From: Rhizophagus irregularis
Lineage: Eukaryota
DNA length: 64,000 nt
Direction: 5' to 3'
NCBI RefSeq assembly: GCF_026210795.1
Contig: NC_089433.1
Span: 2,790,001-2,854,000 of the forward strand
The first letter of the stretch is position 1. Each line of letters begins with the position of its first letter. Both the position numbers and the translations under genes were made by a program. Shown in pieces: positions 1 to 12,400 of the stretch. Below the pieces are notes generated by a model. It worked only from the letters and a program-made list of their open reading frames with translations. It was not told the DNA's origin and searched no databases.

Positions 1-1125
1 GCGTGAGGAACGCGTTTTTACAGACTTTTTTGAATGGTCTATCATTCTATCTATATTTGATGTAATCTTATTATGTATTCCGATTAAATAAATAAGTAAA
101 TAAAAAAATAAGTTGTCTGATACCTATTTGTCACCGCCCGTAACCCGTAAGTATTGCAAATTGTTTGAATGCCAAAAAATGCAAAAAATGGTACGAAAGT
201 GGCGCATTGGTCAATTAAGTGGCTTCAATGTGACAGTTATGCCACGGGCCATCTGCCAATCAAATGTCATTGAAGTTCATTTCTTTCACCTTTGTGATTA
301 TATTTACTATATATTCAGTTTTTACTTGTTTCTACTTTTGCTCTTTATTGTTGGGGCAAATACTTGGAAGAAAAAGATTGGCTCTTTATTATTAATCCAT
401 TCAAAACTTACTCCAAATTGTAAATTTTGATCGAGGATTATCCAGAAAATGATTTTTGTTTATTAGAAATGTGAATGTGTTGTAATAAACAGATAGATGA
501 TGATATTTTGTTTCTAGGGTTAAATTAAAAAAAGTATTTCGGCCATGTAGATATTTCTATATGTAGTTATGTTTGCTTTGGAAATGCGAAAACCCCATAA
601 AATTTATAAACTAAATTTCCACATGCAGTAATGAGAATCCAGATCAGCTATTAAGAATTATTATTAATTCACTTCAGGAGGCAAGTTTAAACTAACTTTT
701 GACAACTTTTATTAAACTAATTTTGATGTCAAATTTATTCTCGGGATACAATTAATATACCTAATTAATAAAAAATCGTGGCTTATATAAGATTTTTTCT
801 TTATTTCTATTGTAACACAAGTTGTGACAGATTTCCCTTATTTAAAACTTTCGGAGTATATTTGCATAAGTAATTAACGTCGCTTCAATAATACTGTTTC
901 TGTTTCTTACATTTTAAAGTTATATGTCCTTTGTTTTACTCCTTGCAAACCATAACCTTTATCTATAAACAAACTATCTCTCTGTTAACATATTAAACAG
1001 CACGCAAGGAATAAAACAACTTAATAAAAATTTAACCACTTTCTTTTTATTCCTACAACTTTTGTTCGCAACCTTGTGATTATTTTTGCAAACCTTGCAA
1101 CGTAAGAACTCTATTAACTCTTATT

Positions 1126-3111
1126 ATGAGCCACATGCTTGCAGATTACGAAGCAGTAAGTGTTTTTTAGTGTGTTCTTGAAGTTTCTTGTGTTTTCTAC
1201 TTTAAGCCTTGTATGTAAAAGAATTTATAAAAGCTTATTTTGTGTTCGGAGTTACATATTATTTCCAATATAAAGAGAGTTTCTTTGCTTCGACAATTAC
1301 TTTTCCTTCGTTCTTGATATTTATTATTCTGAAAACTCAATTACCAAGTACAACGACATATAATAAACGCAATTAGTAACAGCCGTAGTTTAAAACCCAT
1401 ATAAGTTATTAACTCCTTCCCCTTTTTTGTGCTCCAACAGAACAACGATATCAACGAGGTTAATGAAACAAACGAGATAAACGAAAACAATACTGAAAAC
1501 TATACCGAAAATAATACTGAAAATAATATTGAAAACACAATTGAGGATATCGACCCACTCCTCTCACCACCTTATGCAATGTCCCCAGGTATAATATTAT
1601 TAGTATTTCGACGCTATAACTCTATCCTTTTTTTCGTTTAATATATTTCTTATTTACCATTACAGTAGTGACCGAAAACGAAAAACAAGTTTTTATCGAC
1701 GAGGTGACTATTTAAAATTCATTAATATTCAAAACAAATATTTTGTCATTAATTAAATATAAAATCATTAATTTATTTATATTAGGTCAACTCCATTAAC
1801 GATACAGAAACTCTTAGACGCATGCTTATACAAAAAGAGCAAGAAAAAGATCACATAGTGAGCAATTTAGACAAAGCAGCACGTGTAGGTCTAGCTATAT
1901 CAGAAGAAAACGAAGAGCTAAGAATGAAGCTTGATTTTTTCACGCAGGCCGAAGAACAGGCGTATATGAAACTTTCCGCTTTAGAAGAGGAGAATAGAAA
2001 ATTATTTTCTAAAGCTTCTCGTAGCAATGAACTTGCTTCTCAGTTAGCTGCTAGTGAGGAACAAAATAAAGTTTTGCGCGAACATAAAGCTTTTCTTCAA
2101 AAAGAACTCGAGACTGCTCGGAGAGAACTAAAACGATTCCGTAAGGAATTGGATAATCTTACCGGTCAAATGAACGATATGACCGAGGACATGTGGGAAT
2201 CACGAAACAAAGTAAGCACGTATGCCAAGAAGTTAGGTAAATATCTAAAATTTTACAATTGTGAAAATCCAATATGAATTTACAATCCTCAATATTAAAT
2301 ATCAATTTCGCTTTAATTTTCAGTGGATGTCGAACAACATCTTGCAGATACGCAAGAAATGAATGTTAATCTTTCCATACAATTGGAAAAGTCGTTGAGC
2401 TCTCAAAAAGTATCTAGTGCAACAACTACTCAGATTGTTAAAATGATTCAAGCCGACCTTGGTAGAGTAAGTATCAAATTTTTCAATAAAATTAAAGTTG
2501 TAATTTTATAGGTGTTTATTTTTTAATCCATTTTTTAGGTTGTTCTCGAGAATGAGCATTTACGTTCTAGCATCAGCGAGTTGGAAAGTCGCCAAGTGAA
2601 ATGCGAGGGCAAATTAAGCGAAATGATGATATCAGCTCAAGAATATGCGCATCTTTTAGAGGAAGCACAAGATACCATACATTCATTAAGTGAGACTCGC
2701 CTCGAATCTGATATCGAAAATTTAGAGATATCACCTGGACGAAGCCGTGGACATACCGACATCGTCAAGGTAAGTTATATACATGTTTTATTTAATTTAT
2801 CATTATATAAATAGCTATATTAAAATTCGATATTTTAGGAGTCTCCACCATTGAAAGGCACGCCCTTCTCAACGGAAGTTGAGCAACATTTGGAAAAGAC
2901 CATAGAAGAAAGACTCATTTCACAAATGAATCCGACCCGAACTCATTTTCCACAGGGTCATAACACATCTGTAGATGTAAAGAAAGCGGCAGCAGGCCTA
3001 AAATATTTGTTATCTGCACGCGAAGTAGAAGGGAAAGATGGTGGTAAAGGCAAAAGTCCAGAAAGACGACCATTCGGTGGCCATGTACTCCATTCTTACA
3101 ACGTTCGATAA
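1126..3111 (+). CDS. Coiled-coil protein (~437 aa, 7 exons), candidate CC1-box/Spindly-motif dynein-dynactin activating adaptor
   Basis: Exons 1126-1155, 1441-1588, 1666-1703, 1786-2236, 2324-2466, 2539-2769 and 2839-3111 have GT..AG boundaries and join into one open frame (1314 nt). The central region is E/K/L/Q-rich heptad sequence. Motifs are LDKAARVGLAISEENEEL and KGTPFSTEVEQ. Confidence 0.8.
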
Positions 3112-4341
3112 ATGAAATTTAGTTTTGTTTCGAGTAATTCATAAACAATCTCGAAAAAAAATGGGCGGATTAAAAGAAGACATTTTTATTATTTTTTTTT
3201 TATATATCTTTTTTTATTCTAAACATTATACTCATTATTATAATTTTTACATTTAGTTATATACAATTACGATCTATTATTATCATAATGGATAAGTCTT
3301 TTAAATTAGAAATTATGACTTTTGAATTAATTATAACGTGTTTTTCATGTGATTCAAGTCAGTTATATAGACGCACGCAAATGATTTTGTTTATTTACAT
3401 TTTAATTCGCTTTTTTTGTTCATAATTTGTACATATAAAATGCCTAAGCGGTAATGATTGCCTTTTTTCCTTTCAACAACACATTACCCTAAAAAAAAAA
3501 GACATTTTAAAGCAGAACTTCTCATTAGCAAAAAAAAAAAGTTATTCTTATATATATTCATTTCTATCTAGGAATTCTTTTCTCTCTCTATATATGTTTG
3601 ATAGAGTATTAAAGAATAAGGAAAATTATAATTCAGTTTCTCTTTGATCTCAAAGGTCATATAATTATTAATTGTTAAATCACAAGTACATCCCGCATAT
3701 AATAAGAGAATGGTATCTTTATTTATTACTTATTTATTATTATTATTATATTTTATTTTCATCAAAAAAATTCCACATAGTGATATTTAGCGTAACAATT
3801 TATTTAAAAAATTAGTGATAGTTTAATATATTCAATGAAGAAGCATTTTAATTACAAATAAAAAAAATTCAATTTATTTTCATTATTAATTGAAAAGTAC
3901 TAATATTACAACGTACATCCTACCAGAGTTTAGGAGTTATGCACTTGCACGTGATAACGTTAAACTTAACTCCGTTAATATCGTTCACACATGATGCGTA
4001 AGTTAAGGATGCTTGCCAATTTAAATAGTTCTATTTGTTCGTTATTTACTATTAAATCAGCACTACATAAGAAAGAAGAAATTTACGACCACACTGGCAA
4101 GACAAATGTAAATACTGAAATTTTATCACATTTGCTTTCAAAACTTCGGGAAAATTTTTAAAAGAAAAAATTATGTTTATATGGAAGTAGTGATATCCTT
4201 ATCCCGATCGAGATTCTCTATTGTTACACGAATCACGAATTAAAGCATGAAAACGTTTTTTGCTTTGACGATCAATACAAAGTGTCTGTCTTTGAAATAA
4301 ATGAAATAAATACACAAATATAAATACATATCGTACAAAAT

Positions 4342-5866
4342 ATGGTGACCTCATCAAGAAGACCATCCACGAGGCGATCCACTTCTCTTTATAGTCGATC
4401 TAGACAAGAAATACCGCCAAAAGTATATGGTCCACCTTCTGACGTTAGTGAACTAGAATCTGACGAATCTGTACCTTCTGAAGAAGACGAAGAAGAAAGA
4501 AATAAGTTAGAAGACGCTACATATCAGTCGGAAGAAGACGAAATGGACGAGGAACAGGATATGATGGAAGAAGAGTTGGAAGAGGAAGAGGAAGAAAATG
4601 AACAGGTTGAAGAACCTGAGGAAGATATTGAAGGGGAAATAGAGCAAATTGATGACATAGATGTAGAAGTAGAAGAAATTGATGATGTTGATGATGCTAC
4701 TCCTGTCGATGATGAAGAAGATTTTGAGGCAGAGGAGGAAGAGAGCGACGAGGTGGATGAGGATGAAGATGAAGAAGAGGATGAAGAACAAAGTGATTAT
4801 GAAGAGGAAGTTACTACCAGAAAAACAAGAGGAGGATCACAACGAAGTCAGCAAGGTCAAAAACAACAATCCTCATCTTTAAAAGGAAAACTAAAAATAC
4901 AACCTGAAAAACAACCATCTTCAAGGAAAAGAGGTATGTGATGTGCAATCAAAATTTATGATTTACATCAACTTTGACATTACTTTACTAACACTGCAAT
5001 GTTAATTTACTGTTTGTAAATAGGAAGGTGTGATAAATTGAATATTTCTTTTTGACAAATTTTATTATTTGATTAATGATATTAACTTTAATGAGACGTT
5101 ACTTCGTATAGCATTGCTGAACCGTCTTCATATGGTCACCAAATACTTACAAAAAGACAGAGAGCAAAACTTAATGAAAATTACCAGCAGGATTTACTAC
5201 AGCTTCCAATGGGTAATTCATACTTTTTATTTGTTAAAAGATATATTTTTTTATTTATTTTATTTAATTAATTTAGAACCAATGAAAAAGAAACATATGA
5301 CAGAAGAAGAAATTGCTTTAAAAAAATCTGAAATCGCAAGACGAAGGAAACATCAGAGTATACAGCGCGCTGAACAGGACAAGGTAAATTTATATTTTGA
5401 AAATTTTGACGATAGTTTTTCCAGGAAATAAAGCTTATTATTTTATGTAAATGAAAGATGGACACTATAAATCGCCTCTTAAAGAAGCAAACTACAAAGA
5501 GACGAACAAAGGATCAAGAAGATACGGATAGTGTACATAATGACACTAATAGTTCTAGTATATTGCCACCTTCATCGTTTCATTATGTGAACAATGCCGA
5601 GGGAGCAACTTTGTCAATTCCAGCAGGGGTTGAAATACCAATACGGTTTGGAAAGGGTCCAAAGTAAGAATTCTTAACAACTATTTTTTGTCTTTAATTA
5701 TATTTGGTGAAATTAAATATCTTAATTTATTTGTTATAGATATCCTCCTCCTATACCAGATTGTGCGTTCCCTGGCTGTAATGTTCCAAAAAAATATCGT
5801 AGTGTCAAAACCTTTGAATATGCTTGTTCAATGGATCATTTACATAAATTAGAATCTAGAGGATAG
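4342..5866 (+). CDS. IES2: INO80 chromatin remodelling complex subunit Ies2/INO80B (acidic N-terminus, PAPA-1 region, degenerate HIT-zinc-finger-like C-terminus)
   Basis: Spliced product contains LTKRQRA..LLQLP, TEEEIALKKSEIARRRKHQS..EQDKMDTINRLLKKQ and C-terminal CAFPGCNVPKKYRS..ACSMDHL. Stop TAG at 5864-5866. Confidence 0.85.
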
Positions 5867-7208
5867 ATATTAGCAAGGAATTTTACGAATGGTTTAATTC
5901 TGCTTAATTACTTCATATTTGACTTCCGGGATGTCATTTAATTTAAAAATTTACATTAAATAGCTTTAATATATTTAATATTAACATTGTAAAATAATTA
6001 TTTAAATGTGAAGATTCAATTATAACTTTAAATTAGAAAGCATTTATAATGAAAACCAATCCAGTACTTTTTCTCCAATATCCACGGTATATAGTACAAA
6101 GGAGGTATTACAGCATGGGGGCAGGACAATCCATAATTATGGGACGAATGTATAGGTAGAAAAACACGTAACGTAATTGTTAAGTCGGTTTGATTGATTT
6201 AGCAATATAAAATCAAATTTTAATATTCGATATATGCATAATAAATAATTCTTATTAGTGAATAAATGAAATAAACAAATAACAGTTTATTTTCCTAAGT
6301 TGATGTTATTCATGTCTAGAGATATGATTAAGATATGATTACAAATTAAGAAAACATCGTGATCAGAAAGAATATAGACTTTGATCTTTGAGTAAGCATC
6401 ATTGGTGTCTAACCTCAAAACAGTCGTAACTCCTTCACAGTGAATTCGCTCTCACTAGATTCGTGTACGTAGCAAATTGTAGAAATTTTAACTGCCACTG
6501 TATTAAAATCTTTTTTTTTCTTTCATTCGTATAAGTACACAAAAAAAAATATCAAGTTTTATAACGGTTTTTTTCATACCTTTTTTTATAATATTTCGAA
6601 AAGAATCTCATTCCCATTCTCATGAAAAAATTCTCATGAGGCTTCAAAAACTTCACAAGGATACAAATTTTTTAACTACACTTCCTTATATAACATATTT
6701 TACATTTTTCATTGTCACTTTGCGCTTACAATAGTAAAAAAATGAGATATCTCGACAAGTAACAAAGATAGTTAAAAAAAAAAAATTTCACGAAATGATA
6801 ATCTTATTTATTTATTAATTTATTTTATGGATAGTTAGGAGAACTACATTGATAATTTGTAAACTAATTTAAAAAATTATAAAAAAACACAATATCGAAC
6901 TTCACTCAATTAAAATCAAGCCCTAACTAGAATTATAAAAGAAACTATCAAGAAACCCGACCGAATCAAGACAGTAAAAAAAAGAAAAAAATATAAAAGG
7001 ACTATTCTAGCTCGTAGGTAAACTAAACCATAAAAACGATCGAACGTTGAGGAAAGAAAAGTAGAAGCCTCTGCAGACGACGAACCATTGTACGATAATT
7101 TTCCAATCAGGAATACTATGAATGTCAACACACGTGAATTTTGAATAGTCTGCATGTGATCGATGTAATTGATTTAAATCCAAATTCAAAACTTTCAATG
7201 CAATCAAT

Positions 7209-7801
7209 ATGATTTCGTCCGTATCAGAACCTCCATACAAGTTAAGAGCAAACTTGACACCATATCAAAGAATTACAACCACATGCTTGTTAGGAGGAAT
7301 ATGGGGTTTTATATTGGGTAGTCGAGAAGGAGCAAAACGGTCCTCCTTGCAGTATTTAGCAGAACGTGCACATATATTACCAAAAACCAAAGAACAGTGG
7401 TACTTATATCATAGAAATAAAAATTATAAGGTTATATTAGGAGCGGTAAAAGTTGGCTTACCTTATGCTGCAAAAATGAGCTCATTGTGTTTTCTGTATA
7501 GTGGTTTAGAAACTACGTTGGATTTTATTAGAAAAGAGAATGATATAATTAACAGTTTAATAGCCGGTATTATAAGTGGTACGATTGTTTCCGGAATATG
7601 TAAGTAAATTTTGATTTTTTTTTTTGTTTAGCTTTTTAACTGATTAACGAACTTATTTGCAATTTCTTAGATCAATTACCGAAGCAAAGTACAAAATATG
7701 CACTTATGGTTGGAGCGGGTATTGGTTTAATAACTGGAGGATTACAAGATGTCATAAGATACAAACAAGGCCAAAAAATTTGGTATTTAGAAAGGAAATA
7801 G
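7209..7801 (+). CDS. Tim17/Tim22/Tim23-family membrane protein (~173 aa, 2 exons)
   Basis: Exons 7209-7599 and 7671-7801. Gly-rich TM segments (LLGGIWGFILG; LYSGLE..LD.IRKENDIINSLIAGIISG) are typical of the family. Confidence 0.75.
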
Positions 7802-7873
7802 AATGTTACTTTAATTAGGCAATGTATATTATGTTATTAAAAATATAATAAAATATGATATTGCTCGATTTAT

Positions 7874-9090
7874 TTAAGAGCTAATGAGACATGTAGAAAC
7901 ACCGTAATGATCTGTAAGAATAAATATAAAATATAATTAATCATTTCATCAGAACAGAGATAATAAGGTTTTTTTTAGTAATTTTATATACCGGATAATT
8001 GAGTGACTGAAGCGTCACTCACGAAAAATTCTTCAACACGAGTTCTCTGAATATCGATTGTAACTCGTTTTTTTGATTGATCTGTGCCAATCAAGAGGAC
8101 GTAATCCAAACTGGCCTGAGCAAGCAAATCATCTTTTCCTGTTAGAACTGTTTCTTTTGGACTTACAGTTCCATCATCAGCAACAATTACATCACCAAAT
8201 GTGATTGGATGATGTTCATACCGCTCTTTAAGCACATCTTTTACACCAACTATTTTGGAATTATTATATATACGTTTATCAGGAGAAGCTGATGCATCAA
8301 TTTGATTAGCTTCAATTCCTTCACCGCTCAAAATTTTAATCATGTTTAAATATTCATCAGTATCTCCGTTGACATTAGAAGAATCAGGCTGTGGACGTGA
8401 ATTAACGTTCAAGTCACCAACTAGAATAATCGGTTCTTCGGGTAATGCATTTAAAGTACATTTATCAATAAATTTACGAAGAAGTGATAATTGTTCCTGA
8501 CGAACAAGTACGGATTTATCCGTTAAAGGTGGTGCTGATACATAAGAAGCTTGAGTATGGGTCATAAAAAGATGGATAACGTTGTTTTGAGCCAACTCTA
8601 TTTTTGCATACAATGCTCCTTTATCAGAAAATCTTGAACCCATTAATATTTAAAATTAATATTTATTAAAAAAATATAAATAATAAAAAGAATTAATTAA
8701 TAAAACGTACCTATCAGAATGAACCCCACTTGGATATATAAGTATATCTCTTTCTTTAATAGGGAACTTGCTCAGCATAACTAACCCGCCATCAATAGCT
8801 AAATTAAACACTGTGTTGCAAGGTGAGGTCAGAGAATAATTAAACCCTTCTTTACGAGCAGCTTCTAATAGTCGAGTACGACGACTACTTCCAAATTGAA
8901 ACATTTCTTCCAAACATATTATATCATATTCTTTTAATACATTCCTAATAAAATATTCAAGTCTAAATTCTTTATAGTCGCTAAAATTATTTTTAATAAG
9001 TGGGGGTCTCATAAAAAAGTTGTATGTCAAGAGACGCGGCTCATTTCTTGATTGAGCACCACTTTCATCATTTTTATGAGCATTAAACAT
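7874..9090 (-). CDS. Endonuclease/exonuclease/phosphatase (EEP) family enzyme, neutral sphingomyelinase-like (~352 aa, 3 exons)
   Basis: Exons 9090-8711, 8632-7992 and 7911-7874. EEP motifs TYN, CLEEMF, GGLVMLSKFPI, THTQA, GDLNVNS, LDYV and terminal SDHYGV. Confidence 0.85.
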
Positions 9091-9258
9091 TATTTCTTAC
9101 TAACAATAAAGAACATTTTATACATTTGATAATTTGATATTAAATTTGATGCGGATTTCTAAAATGGTAGAACAATATCTACATCTTTCTACATACTCTA
9201 CTCACGTGATCTTAAAAATAAGAAATATGATTCATTTTCACCAAGTGATATATAACGA

Positions 9259-9342
9259 GCATCAGTAGTATAGCGGTAGAATACTCGCCTTCCAAGATAC
9301 TTGAGAAAGCGAGTGGCCCGGGTTCAACTCCCGGCTGATGCA
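9259..9342 (+). tRNA. tRNA-Gly(TCC) with a ~12-nt intron 3' of the anticodon
   Basis: Acceptor stem GCATCAG/CTGATGC+A, D arm GTAT..ATAC, anticodon arm CTCGC-CTTCCA[intron]A-GCGAG, T arm CCGGG-TTCAACT-CCCGG. A poly-T Pol III terminator follows at ~9357-9365. Confidence 0.93.
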
Positions 9343-9458
9343 GTTAAAATACGAAATTTTTTTTTCGGTATCACTTTTTTCGTGTAACTATCGTATTAGT
9401 TACACGGATAAAAGAGTTAAAATTTTTTTTGCTTGGTGATTTTAATTTTTATAGTGTG

Positions 9459-12400
9459 ATGGCCGATATACCGGAACCAGATTTATATATTGGTATGATA
9501 TTTATCTATCTAGTAACATGAAATCTTTTTATTAACAAAATTTCGCTTAGATTATAGGGTATTTTTATCAAATAATTTTGATCCAAAGGAATACGCTAAT
9601 TCTGCAATTAATGCGACATCGGATGGGGATGGAGATATCACCATATCGCTTGCAAAGTTATCATTTAGTATAGATAATTTAAATAAACAATTACATGATC
9701 AGGTTTGTTCCGTTCGTCGAAATAAATGCTGATATTTTTATATTTAACTGAAGTTTTCTATTTTAATTGTAATAGGTTACCTCTCATTTTGAGGATTTGA
9801 TATCACAAGCTGCTGGAACAAGAGATTTGGAAGTTGTGTTGAATACCGTTAAAGATGGAATTCAATCACTTAACACATCGTTAGACAGGTAAACGTGTAT
9901 ATAATCAGTTAAAGATCAGAGATAAAATGCTGACGATACTTAGCTTAATCTTTATATAATAAATAGACTTAAAACAAAAATATTCGCGCCTTACGCGCAG
10001 ATAAAGAATTATACTGTTCAATTGGAAAGATTACAAGCTGCATCAGAATTATTACGTAATGTCGAAAGATTCTTTTATTTATCAAGATGTTTAGAAGGTC
10101 AATTGTCTAATATCGATAATGAAAAGGAAAAAGGAATTGAATATACAAAGGCTGCTTTGAACCTTGGTGAATTAGGTGTGAAATTATGGAACACTCTTTG
10201 TCTCCTAATTTTCATTACAGTTTTGATTTTAATATTTATTTATGTAATTTACCAAAGAGATTCTTTTACGAGATGTAAATTTTGATGGAATTGAACCCGT
10301 TCAAGATCAATTACCAGTAATCCATCAAGCCAGAAACAATATAACTAGAGAAGCACAGCGATTATTAGATGATGGAATAAATAAACAGGTAAAATGCTTG
10401 CTACCTAAAATTCTTGTATTATACAAGGATAGATCATTGCCTCAGATTTATTACTTGAAAATTTGAATTTCCATATAGTGACCAAAGAAGATTTCGATGT
10501 ATTATCTTCTGATTCTAGCTAGTAAATCCAATATAAATACTGGAAATTTCAACTCTGTAATACCCAAACTTAACGAGAAATAGTTGAATATTTGGGGTAA
10601 TTTACATATATATTTTTTAATTGATTAGAATGGAGCAGATATCTCTCTTGGTCTCCAAATTTTTCATAATCTCCATGAAATGGGAGAATATGTTTCCAAA
10701 TATATTGATGACATATCTAGAAAGTTACTGGATCAGATGAAAAATGCTGTTGATGTAACATCATTACAAAAAGAAGTTAAAGGTACATTAGGTACATTGT
10801 AAGATTTATTAAAATTTCTATGATTTACAACTCCTTCGATTTATAGATTCTGGTGTTATTCCAATAAAAGGGATTCGCCGGTTGGGATTAGAACCATCAA
10901 CTGGAACAACAACATTATGGGCCACAGCATTGTGGAAACGTATGGAAGCATTGATGGATGAAATTGGTGAAAGCTGTAGTAAGGTCTTTTTTCCTCGGTT
11001 TTTTTTTGTGTATTTCTTCAAAATTTACAACGGGATTTAATTAGAATGCAATTTTATTTTTTATAGATTTACATGTTAGAACGTGCGTTGGCTAGCGAAA
11101 AAGATACAATAACTCATAGCACATATTTAGATGAAGTTTCTAAGGTTAGTCAAGCTTTTTTTTTTCTTAATTGAATATTAATCTAGAGAATTCCGTGAAA
11201 TAATTCCGTGAAATAATTGCGTTTACTTCTTTTAGATATTAGATGGGGGATTGGTTCAACATTTTTGGAAAATTCTTTCTTTAAATTTTGAAAAAGAACT
11301 AAAAGAAGCCACCAAAGGTAGTTTATTTCTTAAAATTCTTAATTATCTAATTATCTTTAGAATTTACAAATATATATTTCAATATTTATTCAAAGGATCA
11401 ACTTTTTTACAACAAACATTTGTCGGTGGATATCCGAAGCTATTAAGGTTATTCCATGAGTTTTTTGCGAAACTTGAAAAACGTTGTGATCTAAAGTTGG
11501 ATGGTGATTTTCAAAGGCAAGCAGAAAAAATCAATTAATTTTAATTAAAAGAGATTTGAAGTCCTTGAAATTTTTTAAATCTGATGGAGATTAGTTAAAA
11601 TTTAACAGCCAGGAAACTTTAGTTATGCTTCATAGTATATCGAGTTTTGAAGCAGGTTACTTGGCGCGTTCAGTGACGAGAATGTTTGATCCAATTAATA
11701 TGGCATTTCCCACTGGGTTATCTCGTGCTCCCCCAACTAAAAGTGACGTTACAAATATCATAAGAGCTATTTCCAGGTAAAGTAGCTCATTTTTATCCAA
11801 TATATTCATCCTTGACCTAATTCAATTAATTTTTGTTTAGTGAATTGGAAGTAGCCAAACTTGATTCAAATTTGTTACGATCAGTGGCAAAGAATGTTGT
11901 TAAAGCTTTGAATTTGTATTGTGTCAAGTCTGAATCTATGGTATTTATAAATTATATTTAAGCTCTCAGAAATAATGATTCATGACTGAATTATAATTTA
12001 ATGTAGGTTACAGTTGATGCAACAGCATATCAAATATTTGGACCTGGTCCAGCCACCGCCTCACAAATTATAAATCTTGAACTTGTTACGACTTTGTATC
12101 AATTACATCAATCAGTTTGGAAAATATTAGAAGAATACCCTGATGCTGTTACTGAAATAATATTTGATGCTGTTGAGGTAAAAATTCATTATATTTCTAC
12201 TTTTATGTTTTTATTTAAGAAAAAAGAGAGAAATTACAAATTACAAACATTGGTTTAATAATTGGCTTAGCATACAAGGAAAGTAATGCTTAATATAGTT
12301 GATCCATTGATACAGCATATTAAAAAGGAGTTAGAAAATACATTACTTAAAATTCATCGGGAAGATTTTTCAAGGTTAGAAAATAGTTATTTTCTTTATT

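Noticed and set aside
113..430. 105-aa ORF at the window start, and other short non-ATG ORFs in 15-18 kb and 51-63 kb
   Set aside because: They mostly have non-ATG starts and F/I/K/L-biased composition typical of AT-rich non-coding DNA, with no motifs or splice support.
4507..4882. ORFs 4507-4791 (-) and 4679-4882 (+)
   Set aside because: These are shadows of the GAA/GAT-rich acidic region of IES2.
6310..6400. snR30/U17, RNase MRP or telomerase RNA identity for the structured island
   Set aside because: The m1/m2-like words (ATATTCTTT, TAATCAT) lack the required basal stem. I found no MRP CR-I partner for the GCTTACT motif and no 1.5-repeat telomeric template.
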